Below are positions 35,201-49,125 of a stretch of 64,000 nt of DNA, piece by piece (position 1 is the stretch's first letter; each line of letters starts with the position of its first letter). The stretch covers positions 97,712,001 to 97,776,000 of the forward strand of contig OX638153.1 in the NCBI GenBank assembly GCA_951804945.1, written 5' to 3'. The position numbers and the translations under genes were made by a program. Origin of the DNA: Podarcis cretensis (Eukaryota). The notes beneath the pieces were generated by a model. It was not told the DNA's origin. It saw nothing but the letters and a program-made list of their open reading frames with translations, and did no database searches.

Positions 35201-38188
35201 GTGCCGTGAGATCTAAGAAAAAATCATTTAAAATATGGGTTGGGTAGGTCGATGAAGGGCAAATGCAGGTGGAGAGGGACTTCCTAGCATTATAGAGCAC
35301 CTTGTGAGTGTTCAGGTTATTCCAGTTGGCTCTGCAACCCCTCTGCATGGGAGGCCAGGACCGTAACCAGACTGCAGATGGGCCACTGAAACTGAGCTTG
35401 TGCCTTAATGGTAGAGGCGAGATATGTTGGAGGCTGATGGATGGCAGGAAACGAAAGGGTCCGAAAACAGCCTTAGGCATACAAGGTGCTGGAATCAGGC
35501 ATCCTGGGGGACGTGCGGGGAGTGTTGGTGGAACATCACTGGCTGACAATAGACAGGCTTTTCCTTCCGTATCTTTGAGGAGGAATCAAAGTTGGGAGTG
35601 ATCTTGGGAGCTCATCGAGTTCACAGCCTTGCCAAGCACAGGATCTGCAATGCAGGTTGAAACAGCCGCATCCGTGACAGGTGGCCTCGCAGCCTCACAA
35701 GAGCAGCCATCACCTGCCGAGGGAGCGTATTCCTCTGCTAGAGAGTGGCTCCTAACATTTAGGTGAAATCTGCTTCCCTTCAAATTCCACCTGTTGGGTG
35801 CTCTCCAAGCCCTCCCATGCGCCCCCTAAATCTGTCCTGGGTTTTTCACAACCTTCTGCAGCAGATTTGAGGAGGGAGCAGGGTGCTGGGGGAAATCCAA
35901 CAGATTAGAGCCCATTCCCACACTCCTATTTGAAAAGGCCCCTGGACACCGTTGTGTGTTTACAATCTGATCTTCCCTTCTCCTTCTGCCTTCCACCATG
36001 CCAAACCTTTGCTCCATCTAGCTCAATATTGTCTACCCTGACCACCAGCACCTCTCCAGAGCTCCAGGTTTCTCAATCCAACCTTGAAACCAGGTTTCTC
36101 AGTCCGACCTTTCCCATGAAAACCATGGGCTTTCCCACTGAGCTACAGGCCTTCCTGTCTGTATCACCCCTCCTTACGTTCAAAACTTCCTCTGGGTTGC
36201 ATTCCCAGGCCGCAGTGTTTTGCATGCTTCAGACTGCAGTTGTCAACTGGAGCCTGAAGGGGGCAGCGTGAGCAGCCTGGTTAGGCAAACAAGTAGCATG
36301 CAGTTCCCCTGGCTCTTGGTTTGCTGATTCTGGGAGGGAGCAATGAAAACAGGTTGATTTTGAATTGCTGATGTTTTTATTGTGAAATCACTTAGATATA
36401 TTTTATGGGAAGTGACTCATAAATGGAAATAAATGAATGAATTCTGAAGTCCAACATCTAGAATAGCAAGAATGTAAAATCTCCTAATTGGGGGGTGGGG
36501 TGGGGTGGGTGGGGGAGATCACAGGAGGCAAGAAGGGGTTAAGAGAGGAGGAGGGCCATTTGGCGAGGGTGAAGGGGGTGGAAGTGGAGTTGGTTTATTT
36601 GTACAGTGACTGCGCAGGATTTCTGGACAAACTCGACTTTACGGGGCACGCAGAAAAGAGGCCAAGCTTTCATCAGGTCCAAAGATGCCAAGACGCTGCA
36701 TGCTCAACCCAGCTAAACTTTTGAGTAAAGGCTGAAGAAGGAGCCTCCCCTTCTTCTTCAAGGATTCAAGTCCTCCCCTTAAGGCAAGCTGACCGGCTGC
36801 CAATATGATTTGTTTGTTGAACGTGCAATCAATCAGAAATCTCTTGCTAACTCAACACACACAGCGTCAAATCAGCAAAGAAGCAATACTGCAGCTGAAC
36901 TTCATAGTTCATAGAAGGCTTGTAAGATAAGTGAAATCTTAAGAAGATTGCGTTTTTTATCTCAACAACAGCTCTAGGGCTGAACAACTCAGCTTATGTA
37001 CCTGACTAGGGATGTCTACATGCCATGATTTTTCAGACCACACAGTAAGGTGAGGGTGGAACTTAGCTGCACAAGAATCTGAAGTTTAACCATTAGCTGT
37101 TTCCGGGGCCAAAACACAAGGCTATCTGAAGCCAACAGGCTGTGCAAGCAGCTGTCAGCTGCAGAATTCCAGGGCTACCAGGATAATTTGAAATATCTTC
37201 TAAGGAAAATAGAAATCCCCCCCTTTGTAGCCCCAAGTTTTCCAAATGGCAGCCATTCACCTCCCCTCAAATGGGGACAAAAGTATCCTTGCACTTGTAT
37301 GAAGCAGGGGAAAGGGTGTGTCATTGGGAAAACCACTGTTTACATTGCCTAACGTAAGTCACCTCGAGACCCTTGGTGTAAGGCAATGAATAGATTGCAA
37401 CGATCGCCGGAAGTCTGGGTGCAACTCAGCTTGCTGAGAGAGATTTGCTTGGGATTAAAAGCAGACAGGCTCATCACTGCTCAGCCAGTTCATGCCAGAG
37501 CAGCAGGGCTCGCTTGCACTGTCTAAAACAAGGCCCTGCCATCCAAGCCCTGCTCTCCAATTTGTTCCCGGAACCTCAGGGCTGTGCCTGGGCTGCTGTA
37601 GCCTCTACAGAGCGAGGTGCAGCTTCCAGGGAACGCTCCTTGCCTTGGCCTGATTAAGAAAAACGGCAGCTCCCCTCATCTGAAGCAGCGCAAAGTGTCG
37701 GCCTTTGCAGTAAAAATTTAATAACCGCCCAGCATAATCAGTTTTGCTGATCTTGCCTTTTCACAGTCAAAACTTGACACTCGGCGCTTGGAAGGCTTTG
37801 AGTATCTTTGGTTTGGCTGCTTCTCTTCCAACGTCTGCAACGTGGGGCAGAAGGTGGGGGGAGCCGCTACCCAAGGCTGGTTCCACTAAGGTCAGTGGGT
37901 CAGATGCAATCTCTTGTCAGGCCAGTTGGGAGCCTGTCTTTTGCACAGCAGCTGCCTATACTGGCTCAGTATTTTAACCAAGGTGCCCATCGCAAACCCA
38001 AAGACAGCTCCCTGGTGGTCAGTCACTGCCAACTCGGATCCCATCAGTGTGCATGTGAAATTGGGGGCCACTGTACCCCTGAATCCAAGTCCTGGGGCCA
38101 AACAACAGTGAAGATCTACTGTCTCCACGCCTCGCTTGTGGGCTTCCTAGAAGCACCAGCCTGGAAACAAGACACTAGACCTTAATCT

Positions 38189-38430
38189 AGTGCCAGTGTG
38201 GTGTAGTGGTTAAGAGTGTTATAGACTCGTAATCTGGTGAACCGGGTTCGCTTCCCCGCTCCTCCACATGCAGCTGCTGGGTGACCTTGGGCCAGTCACA
38301 CTTCTCTGAAGTCTCTCAGCCCCACTCACCTCACAGAGTGTTTGTTGTGGGGAGGAAGGGAAAGGAGAATGTTAGCCGCTTTGAGACTCCTTCGGGTAGT
38401 GATAAAGCGGGATATCAAATCCAAACTCTT
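38189..38430 (+). mobile_element. Squam3-type CORE tRNA SINE, full length
   Basis: A box TGGTGTAGTGG, B box GGTTCGCTTCC, core GCTGGGTGACCTTGGG, (CTT) tail and 8-bp TSD CTTAATCT. Confidence 0.85.
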
Positions 38431-38614
38431 CTTAATCTGATCCAACAGGGTGCTCCTCATTTTCTTAGAGAGCAGGTGCTCCCGCCAGCGTTTAATCTCC
38501 AGCTTCCAATACTTTGAATCCTCAGGTAATGGGGGGGCCCATCCTGTCTCTGGCAGGCTCTTTTGCTTCGGGCTGCATGCTGTTTCCATGTTGGGGGTCA
38601 CTGGGGAAAAGGGA

Positions 38615-39030
38615 TTGAAAGAAGAACTGCCAATATACAAATCTATTGCGTGGCTGCACTTGGAATACCATGCGCCATTGTGCTCACCATATATATATTT
38701 ATAGTATTTTTATGAACTTTTTGGTTCCTTTTTTTAGTTTTTTCACTTCATTTTATTTATTTATTTGTTTGTTTATTTATTTATTTATTTAAAAAAAGAT
38801 ATTGTAGTGCAGGAAAAAGGTCAGAAAATGGTAACCAAAATGACCAAGGCTTTGGGCTTTTTAGCTTAGAAATGGGGTGAGTGGCACATGACAGAGATGT
38901 GGGATAGACAGAGGTTTTTCTTTATCACTCACAAATTCTAGAGCCTGGGACCACACCGGAAGATTTAGGAATCAGTTCAGATGAAAGAAAGTACTTATTC
39001 ATACAGACCATACTAAAGAATTTGCTCCTA
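38615..39030 (+). mobile_element. Highly degraded CR1 remnant
   Basis: Remnants of HLEY and AAGGTCAGAAAATGGTAACCAAAATGACCAAGG, similar to the CR1 segment VQRRATKM. Confidence 0.55.
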
Positions 39031-40154
39031 ACAAAATGAAGCAACTCATCTTGCAGAAGAGGGGGTTTGCATGGGGTTAAGACACGTAGAGTTAGGGACC
39101 TCCAGATTCCCAGACTATCCCTGTACCTTTAACCCCTCAGCTGACTTCCCTATCTGCAAATGCTATATTCTAGGCTCCACTCTCCAATCACCTCTGTCCC
39201 AAATATCTCTTTTTTTCTAAACTAAAAAGCCATATAGCTAGCATTCCAAATATACCTGCTGTCTCACTGCATCACTCAGACCTAGTGCTTTGGAAACATG
39301 CTGGAATTATTCCTAAGAGAAACGACTTTGCTGTGTTCCGATGCGGCAGAGGCTTTCTCTAGATTTGATATCCTGCCCCACCTGCCTCTGAGCACTCCGG
39401 CAGTCTTTGAGGGGAACATAAGCCCCCCTGCCTCAAACCAACAGTAAAGCTTCAACTGGAGGGGACGAGCCCCTTCTCTTGCAAAGCAATCCAGGTCTAC
39501 TCAATTAGCAAAATTCATAGGGGCTGTAGAATTATGAGCTTTCTGGTAATTGAAAGCAACAGAAGCAACACCTCCCACAGACAGAGCACAAAATTCAAGC
39601 GCTAAGGAAACGGCTGGAAGTGCTGACATGAAACTCAAGTTGCACTGAAGGCTGCAGGGTTTGCATGGAGAGAAAGGAGAAAGGAGGGAGGGAGGAACCT
39701 CCACGCTTCCTAGACTTTCTCTGACCTAACCTGTGTCGATCTTTTCTCAAATGCTAGACTGACACCTTTGACCTCACTTCCTACTTTCCCCTCCTTCTTT
39801 GCTCCACCTTGCAGACGTATTTCTTCTGTGTCTCTCCTGCAAAAGTCAAAGAGCAAGCATGGCTGTTTGCACATCCACCTTAGCTAGCTAGAATTAGCAT
39901 CCTCCCAATCTACCGTGTATTGCCTATAATAAGTTCGGCTTTTTTATTTTCCAGACTCAAAAGCCTCAGTGTGATTACATCAAGGGTAAAGTCCTCTAAT
40001 CCAAGCTGGAAGTTCAATGTATTCATTTAAACTCCATCAGAAACACCAATCCTAATAATGGATTTCTAAATCTCTGACAAGGCTGTACAGTAAAAAGTTT
40101 TGGGCATCCTTCGCGGCCTGGAAACCAAGCCTTAAGAGAAGGAGGGAGTTGTGT

Positions 40155-40541
40155 TGAAAGAGTTGGGTATCTTTAGCCTGGATAAGAGGAGACTGAGAGG
40201 AGATATGATAGCTATCTTCAAATACCTGAATGGCTGTCACATGGAAGGTGGAGCAAACTTGTTTTCTGCTGCTCCAGAGGGCAGGACCCGGAACAATGGA
40301 TTCAAACAAGGGGAGTCCCAGAGGGTTGGACCCAAACATTAGGAAGAAGTTTCTGATGGCAAGAGCTGTTCGAATCTGGAACAGGCTCCCTTAGAAGGTG
40401 GTGGACTCTCCTTCACTGGAGGTTTTTGAATGGAGGTTGGATGGCCACCTGCCATGTCCAATCTAGTTGAGATTCCTGCATTACAGAGGGTTGGACTAGA
40501 TGACTCACTGGGTCCCTTCCAATGCTACAATTCTACGATTC
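40155..40541 (+). mobile_element. Older CR1 3' fragment
   Basis: Encodes [25 protein letters not shown]; CR1-type 3' end. Confidence 0.88.
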
Positions 40542-42268
40542 ATCAAAGCACAAACCTGGGCCTGGAGCATCAGAGTTCAGAGAAGGCTGGAGGAAACAGG
40601 GCCATAAGCGTCTTGCAACTCGCTAAACTCAGCACGTACCAGAAACGCAGGCACAGACAAAGCCGCAACCTGCAGAGGCTGAGCCTGCTGTTCCTCTAGA
40701 GCACATTTTCCAAACGACACTCCATCATAATGCTAAACCCACTTTGCTCGCTGCACACCGAGATGCCAGATGCCTAATGAATACAGGCCGCAGCGTGTGG
40801 CTCTCAGCGTGCCACTTCCTTGACCCCCTTCTGCAGCACGAGGGCCCGTTCGGTTGCCTGCGAAGCTGCTCCTCCTCCGAGTGAGCGGCGGGAGCGGAAG
40901 ATGAGTAATTACGATCTGCCGTTATTAAATGTTTCCTCGCTGGCCAATTTAGCAGCTAATCTTTGGGAAATGTGGGGCCGGTCCCTCAGCAGCGGCATTT
41001 GCATGGCACAGCCGAGCCTGGCTATTAAACCAGGATCTGCAACAATGGCGATGCTGCCGTGCCCCATTTGCAGCCTCTCCCCCGGTGCTGCTATAATGAG
41101 GCCTACATAGACACAGAGAGAAGGGGGGGGGGGGGAGCACAGCCGCACCCTGCCCACAACAGCAAACTGGGGACAGGGAAGCCTCACCCACATTGCATCT
41201 CTGGCCAGATCTCTGTTCCGCCTGTGTGTAACAGGAAGACATCTCAGAAGGCCCTGGAGTTGTGTGGCCTTGAACCAGGAGTTGTGGCAACCAGGGGTTA
41301 CTCAGTGCACCATCACTGCTCAGCCAGGCCCTGCTTTTGTGTGCAACCACTAAAAAAGGCACTGCAGCTCACAGGTGGCACAAAGGCTCAGTGGCGTCTT
41401 ACCTGGTCCTGAAAGGTAGGGCTGGGAAACTGGGTCCCTCTCGCTGTTGCTAGCTTGTGGCTTCCATCAGTCCCAATCAACATGGTGGCCCATGGCCATG
41501 GATGATGGAACCTGCAGCCCAACCAACTCAGGATGGCCAAAGGTTCTCCATTCTCAGTCTATAGGGACCAACAGAGTCGGTCCTTAAGCTTCTGGGAAAC
41601 CCCTGGCTTTTCCTGGGGGGGGCCACTGACCCTCCCACTGCAGCTCTTGCTGACTCTGGCAAGCCTCCTCCATCTCAGCAACTCAGTTTCTTGAGTGAAT
41701 GGACAAGTTACAGACTCCTGGGAACCTGCTAGTTTGCTCACCATCCAGGCTTCCCTGCCCCCACCCCAAGCTCACCTCTCCTGTATTATATATGTATTTA
41801 TTATTCCCATTTATAGACCGCTTGAGGTGGTTTATATACACAGTAAGTACAATAAAACGGCATCAAATTATTCACATAATATAAAATTTCAAACAACGCA
41901 GCATACATGCACCCAATTCATTCAGTCTCACTCACCATCCATTTGATATAAATGCTCACTACTTCAAACATTACATCTATCAAATACCCATACATAAACC
42001 ACCCACACTCAACAATATTACAACCCAAGCAGACATAAATAAGATACCTCTCCTAATATCCAAAGGAGTAATGTACTCATAGCCCCAAACTGGAGCATCT
42101 AATGCGCCTTATCCATCTCTCATCTGAAAGCGGCTCAGACCATAGCAGAGCAGGATCTCACCCTGGAAGGTACATAACCCCTTCCACCCACTGCAGCATC
42201 ATAACAAACCTGGTACTGCACAACCTCAACACCTGATAAAGGAACAAACAGACACAAATACCACTTAA

Positions 42269-42510
42269 AAGGTAAAGGGACCCCTGACCATTAGGTCCAG
42301 TCGTGGCTGACTCTGGGGTTGCGGCGCTCATCTTGCTTTATTGGCCGAAGGAGCTGGCATACAGCTTCCGGGTCATGTGGCCAGCATGACTAAGCCACTT
42401 CTGGCGAACCAGAGCAGCGCACGAAAACGCAGTTTACCTTCCCGCCGGAGGGCTATCTATTTATCTACTTGCACTTTGTGCTTTCAAACTGCTAGGAGGG
42501 CAGGACCTCA
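42269..42510 (-). mobile_element. Sauria SINE, 5'-truncated
   Basis: Matches the 3' two-thirds of the other copies; flanking CACTTAA repeat. Confidence 0.9.
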
Positions 42511-42902
42511 CACTTAAGACGGTTGTAAAGATCACCATAAATTCCAATTGTTGCAACCAACCAGATGACCAAAGACCGTGATTGGGCCTGCTCATGCTCC
42601 AATTGTTTTCATTAAAGATCTTCTCAACTCTACCCCACCGGGGTCTCCAGATGACCCCCACCAAACAACCCTCTCCCTCTTTTTCTGCCTACTGTGGCCG
42701 AGTCTGGCCAGAGTCGGGGGGCACTCCTCCGTGCCAGTTGCCACTTGGCTCTCCCTGCCCCAAGGCAGAAGCTGATCAGCAACGCTTGGAGAAGTGCTGG
42801 AAGTGGCACACCGTTGGCATGGCCAGAAGGCGGCAATTCCCATTTCGCCTCAGGTGGCGGAATGGGACGGGCCACCCGTCGGCACCCAATGCATACAGAC
42901 TT

Positions 42903-43368
42903 TGTTGTTGTTGTTGTTTAGTTGTTTAGTCGTGTCCGCCTCTTCATGACCCCCTGGACCAGAGCACGCCAGGCACTCCTGTCTTCCACTGCCTCCCGCA
43001 GTTTGGTCAGACTCATGTTTGTAGCTTCGAGAACACTGTCCCACCATCTCGTCCTCTGTCGTCCCCTTCTCCTTGTGCCCTCCATCTTTCCCAACATCAG
43101 GGTCTTTTCCAGGGAGTCTTCTCATGAGGTGGCCAAAGTATTGGAGCCTCAGCTTCACGATCTGTCCTTCCAGTGAGCACTCAGGGCTAATTTCCTTAAG
43201 AATGGATGTGTTTGATCTTCTTCCAGTCCATGGGACTCTCAAGAGTCTCCTCCAGCACCATAATTCAAAAGCATCAATTCTTCGGCGATCCGCCTTCTTT
43301 ATGGTCCAGCTCTCACTTCCATACATCACTACTGGGAAAACCATGGCTTTAACGATACGGACCTTTGT
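42903..43368 (-). mobile_element. BovB LINE 3' fragment
   Basis: TKVRIVKAMVFPVVMYGSESW peptide; 11-bp TSD CATAC(A/G)GACTT. Confidence 0.95.
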
Positions 43369-43412
43369 CATACGGACTTACACAGCAACAAAGAACATGG
43401 GAGGCTGCCTTA

Positions 43413-43907
43413 CAGTGAGGGGGGGGGGAAGTATTTGATCCCCTGCTAAATTTGCCCGTTTGCCCTCTAACGAAGAAATGACCAGTCCATAATTTTAATG
43501 GTAGGTTTATTGTAGCTGTGAGAGACAGAATAACAACAGGAAAACCCCCAGAAACCCAGAAGACAAAAGTCAGAGATTGATGTGCATTATAGTGAGTGAA
43601 ATAAGTATTTGATCCCCTATCAACCAGCCAGATGTCAGGCTACCTGGTATCTTCACTGTATGTAACAAGCTGAGATTAGAAGCTCCTGCTGTAAGGAAGA
43701 GGTCTTACCTGTAATCCCAGCTCGTTATAGTACCTGTACAAAAGATACCTATCAACAGAAGCAATCAATCCAGCAGATTCCAAAGTATCCACCATGGCCA
43801 AGACCAAAGACCATCAGCTGTCCAAGGATGTCAGGGACAAGATAGACCTGCCCAAGCCTGGACTGGGCTACAAGACTATTGCCAAGCAGCTTGGTGAGAA
43901 GGTGACA
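43413..43907 (+). mobile_element. Tc1-family DNA transposon, left end only, with transposase N-terminus
   Basis: TA|CAGTG start; AAGTATTTGATCCCCT repeated at about 43429 and 43603 (IR/DR architecture); from 43794 [36 protein letters not shown], a Tc1 paired-like HTH. Confidence 0.9.
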
Positions 43908-46900
43908 GCTGATGGGCAACACTTGGAGAAGTGCTGGAAGTGGCACACCATTGGCATGGCCAGAAGGTGGCAATTCCCATTTCGCCTCAGGTGGCAGAAT
44001 GGGACGGGCACCCAATGCGTACAGACTTACACAGCAACAAAGAACATGGGAGGCTGCCTTATGCAGAGCCAGGCCATTGGTCCATCTTGTTCACTATTGC
44101 CTACACTGACTGGTTGAGGCTCTCCAGGATGCCAGGCAGGTGTCTAGCCCAATGTTACCTGGAGATGCCACTGGGAATCGAACCTGGGGCCTCCTGCTTG
44201 CAAGGCAGAGACTCAGCCAGCCAGCTATGGCCCTTACAAAAGAGGAGAGTTGAGAAAAGGCCAGCTTTCTTCCCAGCCTTTAGAGGTCTTGGATTGAGTT
44301 CCGTCCGTGTTTTGGCAGCTCCCTCACCTGTTTGCAACATTCCGTAGGAATTTGATGTCTGCTCTCTTCCTTTTTCTTCCCCACCTGCCACCCAAGATGA
44401 TTAACTGGTGCATCTGAGCAGGCGAGGAACCATCTGGGCTGTTGGAGGGGAGGCAGGAGGAGAACAAACACCAGTATTCTTTTTGTAATAAACACAACTA
44501 ACAGGTGAGGGAGTTGCCAGAACACTGACGGAGCTAGATCTAAAGAGAGGAGCTGCAAGAAGCAAAAAGCCCAAAGCTTTCTTTCTCTCCAGAGTTGGGC
44601 TTCTGGTGCCCTCAGGCAATCCTGGCGCAAAGCGATGGCTGAGTGGAGTTCATCAGTCATCTCAGCAACAAAGCCCCTTGTTCTCTCCGCAAAAAGGGCC
44701 ACGGTCCAGAGGTGTGTGTTATGTCAAAGTCTAAGTTGTTCCTTTACAGTCATGGGGGGGGGGGGGGAGAGCGAAAAAGAGCCTGTGGTTTGTTGGCTCC
44801 CAGCTGGCTCTCAGGGGAGGCTTCCCCATTGTCTGAAAGGTGAAGCGGACCATTCTGCAGAGGGGGCTGCCAGCTCATTTGGAGCGGTGCAGAGCATGTG
44901 GGGAAGCCTCTGGGAACATCACAGGAGCCTGGCATACTGGATCAGGCCACCGGCTCACAGGGACCAACCAGACGCCTATGGAAGCCTGTAAGAACAGCCA
45001 AAGTATTCCTTGAAGGGGACCTGCACAGGAAAGCCCAAACCAAGTTCCTGTGTGCCCCTTGGCAAGTCCAGAGGCCAGTTAGAAACCTTCTTTCACTACC
45101 AGTTTTAAAGAGTGAATTTCTAGTTCTCGTGGCTTCGGAAGGAAGCTAGAGAAATGGTGTGCTGTGTTTTCTCTGCAGAATCACAAACAGGTCCCCAGTA
45201 CACTGTGCCACCTGCTCTAATCTTGTGTCCCAAGGCAGGTTCCCACATATCAGACCTGGGAACCCTGTAGGCTTCCAGGTGTTGCTGGACTACAGCTCCC
45301 ATCATTCCTAACCCTTGGCCATGCTGGCTGGGGCTGATGGGAGCTGGAGTCCAGCAATACCTGGAGGGTCACATCAGGTTCACCATCTCTGCTCTTAGGG
45401 AAGTGACTTTCGCTTCGATACTGCTGCCCATTCCCACATCTTAAACACAAGCCCACCAGAAAGATCTGCTGGGAACGCATTAAAAACACTGCCCTCAGTT
45501 TCAGAGCTAAAAACAGGCTGGTTTTTACTTATTTAAAAATATACATATGGTAGCTCTGTTACTGGTGGGGAGGGCAGGGCAAAGGGAGCACAAACTAAGG
45601 AGAGTTGCGGTGCTCCAACTCTTCCTGACCTCCTACCAGGTTAGGTTGCTGGGCTGACCCCCTCCAGAAGCTCAGAGCGGGCACAGATTTGTTGCAGGCA
45701 GCCAGAAAACCTCCCCCCCTCTCTTTCTCTCTCTTTTAACGCCCAGCATCTTCCCTGTGATGGCAGCTGCAATTTTTCCTGGATGTTGCCTGCATTAATG
45801 TCTTCAGGGAGCCTCATTCACCTCTCAGCCAGAGCTTCAAGGAACAGGCCTGGCTTTGTCTTCAAGGAACTTAATTAGCAAGATGCCAATGTCTGCTGGG
45901 CTGCTGTTAATGAGACACTTCTCTTTCCAAACATCCTGGGGCTGATACTCATCAGAAATGTCAACGTTTCAAATGCCTTTCCTCTCCTGGTCCGCAGTGT
46001 GTGTTTGTGCATATGTGCAAAAGCGCAGCATTAGCCTGGCCTGTTGGTGCCCAACACCTACGCAATATCTAAGTTCACAGCAGGGGCAGAAGGGAAGAAT
46101 GTGTGCCCTGCTTTGGTCAGGGGCCAGACCAGCACAGAATTGGGGAGAAATGGAGACATGCAGCTGCACTGCCCCAGAAGATGCTCAGTGACAATTATCA
46201 CGCAGCTCAGGCACTCCATCAGCCAATGGAGGCTGCTCCATTCGGACAAATTTTGTACTGTCTCATGAACCACAGTATACTCCCAGCCGGTCCTCAGCTG
46301 CCCACCTGTCCAGGGGGTGGCACTGCCTGTGGCATCTTCCTCCTCCTCCTCCTCCTTAGTCTCAGCATTGCCCATGTTGAAACTCAGCAGAGAGTTGGCT
46401 GTGTCTGTCAATGGCTCTGTCTCCACCCGCTGATTGGGCTCCCCACCTTCTGCCCTGGCCGCTCCAGTGGGCACCAGCCACCACACCACCCAGCCACTAA
46501 CTCAGGCTGGATCTATGGAGCAGCCCAGGAAACTCCAGCGAATCTTAGGGCCACATCTCAAGCAGGGGGCTCAATGAAGTGGGAAACCCATTTCTGGACC
46601 ATCCCACCGGCCGGGTGTGCGTGCCTGCACAAAAACAATTCCCTGCACATAGAAAACCAGCTTTCAAGGAGAAGCTCCAAGCCAAACCTCCTGCCTGAGA
46701 TGTTGGTTTCCTATGCATCAGTATCTTGCTGTGAAAGCCAGGGCTTTGGGGGGGAGGGAGTGGGTGATTGACTCTAAAGCTGAGTTGAGATTTCTTTGCC
46801 CCCTGAGCTTTTGGCCTGTGTTGGGTGGAGATTTGCAGCTCAAAATGTGTTTGAAATCACTCTCCTCGTTTTGTCTTCCTTTGCCACTGCCGCTTGCATT

Positions 46901-48449
46901 GCGTGATGGCGGCAGGAGCAGGTGTGTTCCCCAAAGCGACTGCTATTCCTTCCCACCTCAATCCCGTGACAAATGCCCCCCACCGTGAGATGTTTGCCAA
47001 CTTCTTTCCCATCCCAAAACTCTCCCCCTCCCAAGCCAATCCTCAAAAAGTTGCAGCATGTCCCATAATGGGCCTGGGCATTTTGACTCAGAACTAAATT
47101 CCTGTCATGGAAGGGATGGAGCCTTGGCTTAGGTATACCACCTGACTGTGGCTCTGTCCCTGCAGGTGGCCTCACCACCTGTATTTTAAACATCTCCTTA
47201 AGATGATGTCCACAGCACAAACAGAAGCCAAGTTTCAGATCGGTCCATGAGCCCCAGGGCAAGGGACCCTGGCAGTGCACAGAGGTTTGTGTTCTCTCGC
47301 AAGGAATCACCACTACTCTCCAAAAACTACAATTCCCAAGGTGCTTAGGGGAGGGGGGAGAGCCCAGGAAATGAAACAGGTTTACATTTGTAGTATTTGA
47401 ATCCCATTCTTTAAGCCAACAAAGTTACAGGTGGGGAACTGAGGGTTAGAGGCCGCATTTGACCCAAATTCGCTGTCAGAGCAGTGATCAGGCCAGCCTC
47501 CTCCAAAAAGGCCACAGTGGACATTGCAGTCTCCTTGCTATGGCTGGCCCACTGGATTTCTAGTGGATTCAGTACAAACATCACTTGCCATGAATATGGG
47601 AAAGACCACAAAATGCATTGCCAGCAGCAGCACCGTAAAACTCAGAGCCAGACCTACGTAGAACTCAGCCGGCAATCTGGCAAAGGAGCCCCCCTGTTTG
47701 CAAGGAGGCTGGGAAGGGAGCCCAGGGGCCATGCCCTGACCCCAAGACAGGATCCTCCTCACTTTAACTCTGACACCCTTAACCAGCAAAATCAAGGCTG
47801 GCTCACAAGGAGCCAAAGCAAAGGGCAAGTAGCTCCGGACGACTCGAGCGACAGAGCCAAGCCACGTTCTACAGGAGAAGGGGGGAAGAAAACACACAGC
47901 CTTACGGGAAAATGCCTTCCCAACCCCAAATCTGCTGGATTCCGAGTCTGAAGCAAGTCTGAAGTTTACCGAGTCAAAATCTTTGAAATGAGCATACGGG
48001 ACCTGTCTTCCTTGGCAGAACGCAGGTGTTCAAAGCACAAATTTGGTCCGGTAAAGTCTTCTGCGACTATAAAGAGTGGGAAGCAGCCATCCCTAAAGAG
48101 ATTGTGGCTGTGTACACACACACACACACACACACACACACTCATTTACTCTAAATGCAGAACTCCCCCAACTCTGCTTTGTGAAGCCATCTACACACAA
48201 CGTTAGTCACCACCCACGTCCAACCCATAGTTTCTCAAGAAAGCTGCAGAGTTCCCCCCACCCCCACCCACGCCTTTCACCCCAAACCAGCTTTGATGGA
48301 AAATGTGGTCCATGGGAAGCCATCCGTGCCCTCTCTCTCTGACCACCGGTGAGCACGGACGGTGCACAACTTGGAAAAGTATCCAGCTCTACTGATGTGT
48401 GTTTTGAAATGCAGTCCTGCTGCCTTTTATGCCGGTGTTGAGCTCACAG

Positions 48450-48655
48450 CCTACAGCCCATAAGTGGAGCTGGCTGGATCAGGCCAATGGCCCATTCAGT
48501 CCAGCATCCTGTTCTACCAGTGGCCAACCAGGTGCCTGTGGGAAACCAGCAACCAGGATCTGAGCACAACAGCAGCTCTCCCCTCCCATATTTCCAGCAA
48601 CTAGTACTCAGAAACTTTACGGCCTCCAACCATGAACACGGAGGACAGACATCAT
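48450..48655 (-). mobile_element. Old CR1-type 3' UTR fragment; related pieces near 5365-5490, 16438-16505 and 19050-19115
   Basis: Shared GCTGGATCAGGCCAATGGCCCAT-TAGTCCAGCATCCTGTTC block. Confidence 0.6.
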
Positions 48656-48775
48656 GGTTAGTTCCCTCTCCTTCTGTCTTCTCTCCTCTGCCTGTCTCTC
48701 AAGAGAAGGAAGGTCCGGATCTCACCCACTTTAAGGGTGCATTCACATTATTGCCTTAGAGCCAGTGACATCGTT

Positions 48776-49125
48776 CCCAAACAAAAACATCTTGGAGGTC
48801 CCGGGCCACAGGGAGGTTAGGCTGGTCTCAATCAGAGCCAGGGCTTTTACAGCACTGGCCCCGATCTGGTGGAACACTCTGTCCCAAGAGACTAGGGCCC
48901 TGTGGGACTTGACATTTTCCGCAGGGCCTGCAGGACAGAGCTGTTCCACCAGGCCTTTGGCCAGGGCACAGCCTGACCCCCTCCCTTCTGTAATCCTCAC
49001 AGAACTCTAGCCCAGTGGTTGCCATTAATTTGATTTTGAATTGATTTTAAAATGAATTGATTTTAAAATGCTGTGTTGTTGTTAGCCACTCTGAGCCCGG
49101 CTTCAGCTGGGGAGGGCGGGATATA

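Larger units (their letters stand above)
42771..44061 (+). repeat. Direct duplication of ~154 bp (copy 1: 42771-43412, split by BovB; copy 2: 43908-44061)
   Basis: GCTGAT...GGAGAAGTGCTGGAAGTGGCACACC...GAACATGGGAGGCTGCCTTA occurs twice, with several substitutions and a 10-bp indel. Confidence 0.92.

Noticed and set aside
36490-36515. G-run tract able to form a G-quadruplex
   Set aside because: Simple (GGGGT)n low-complexity sequence with no functional context; such tracts are common.
41790-42260. A/C-rich segment, possibly a decayed LINE on the minus strand
   Set aside because: Too degraded to assign a family by eye.
46103-46771. 222-aa plus-strand ORF
   Set aside because: No domain similarity, splice structure or promoter support; likely chance.
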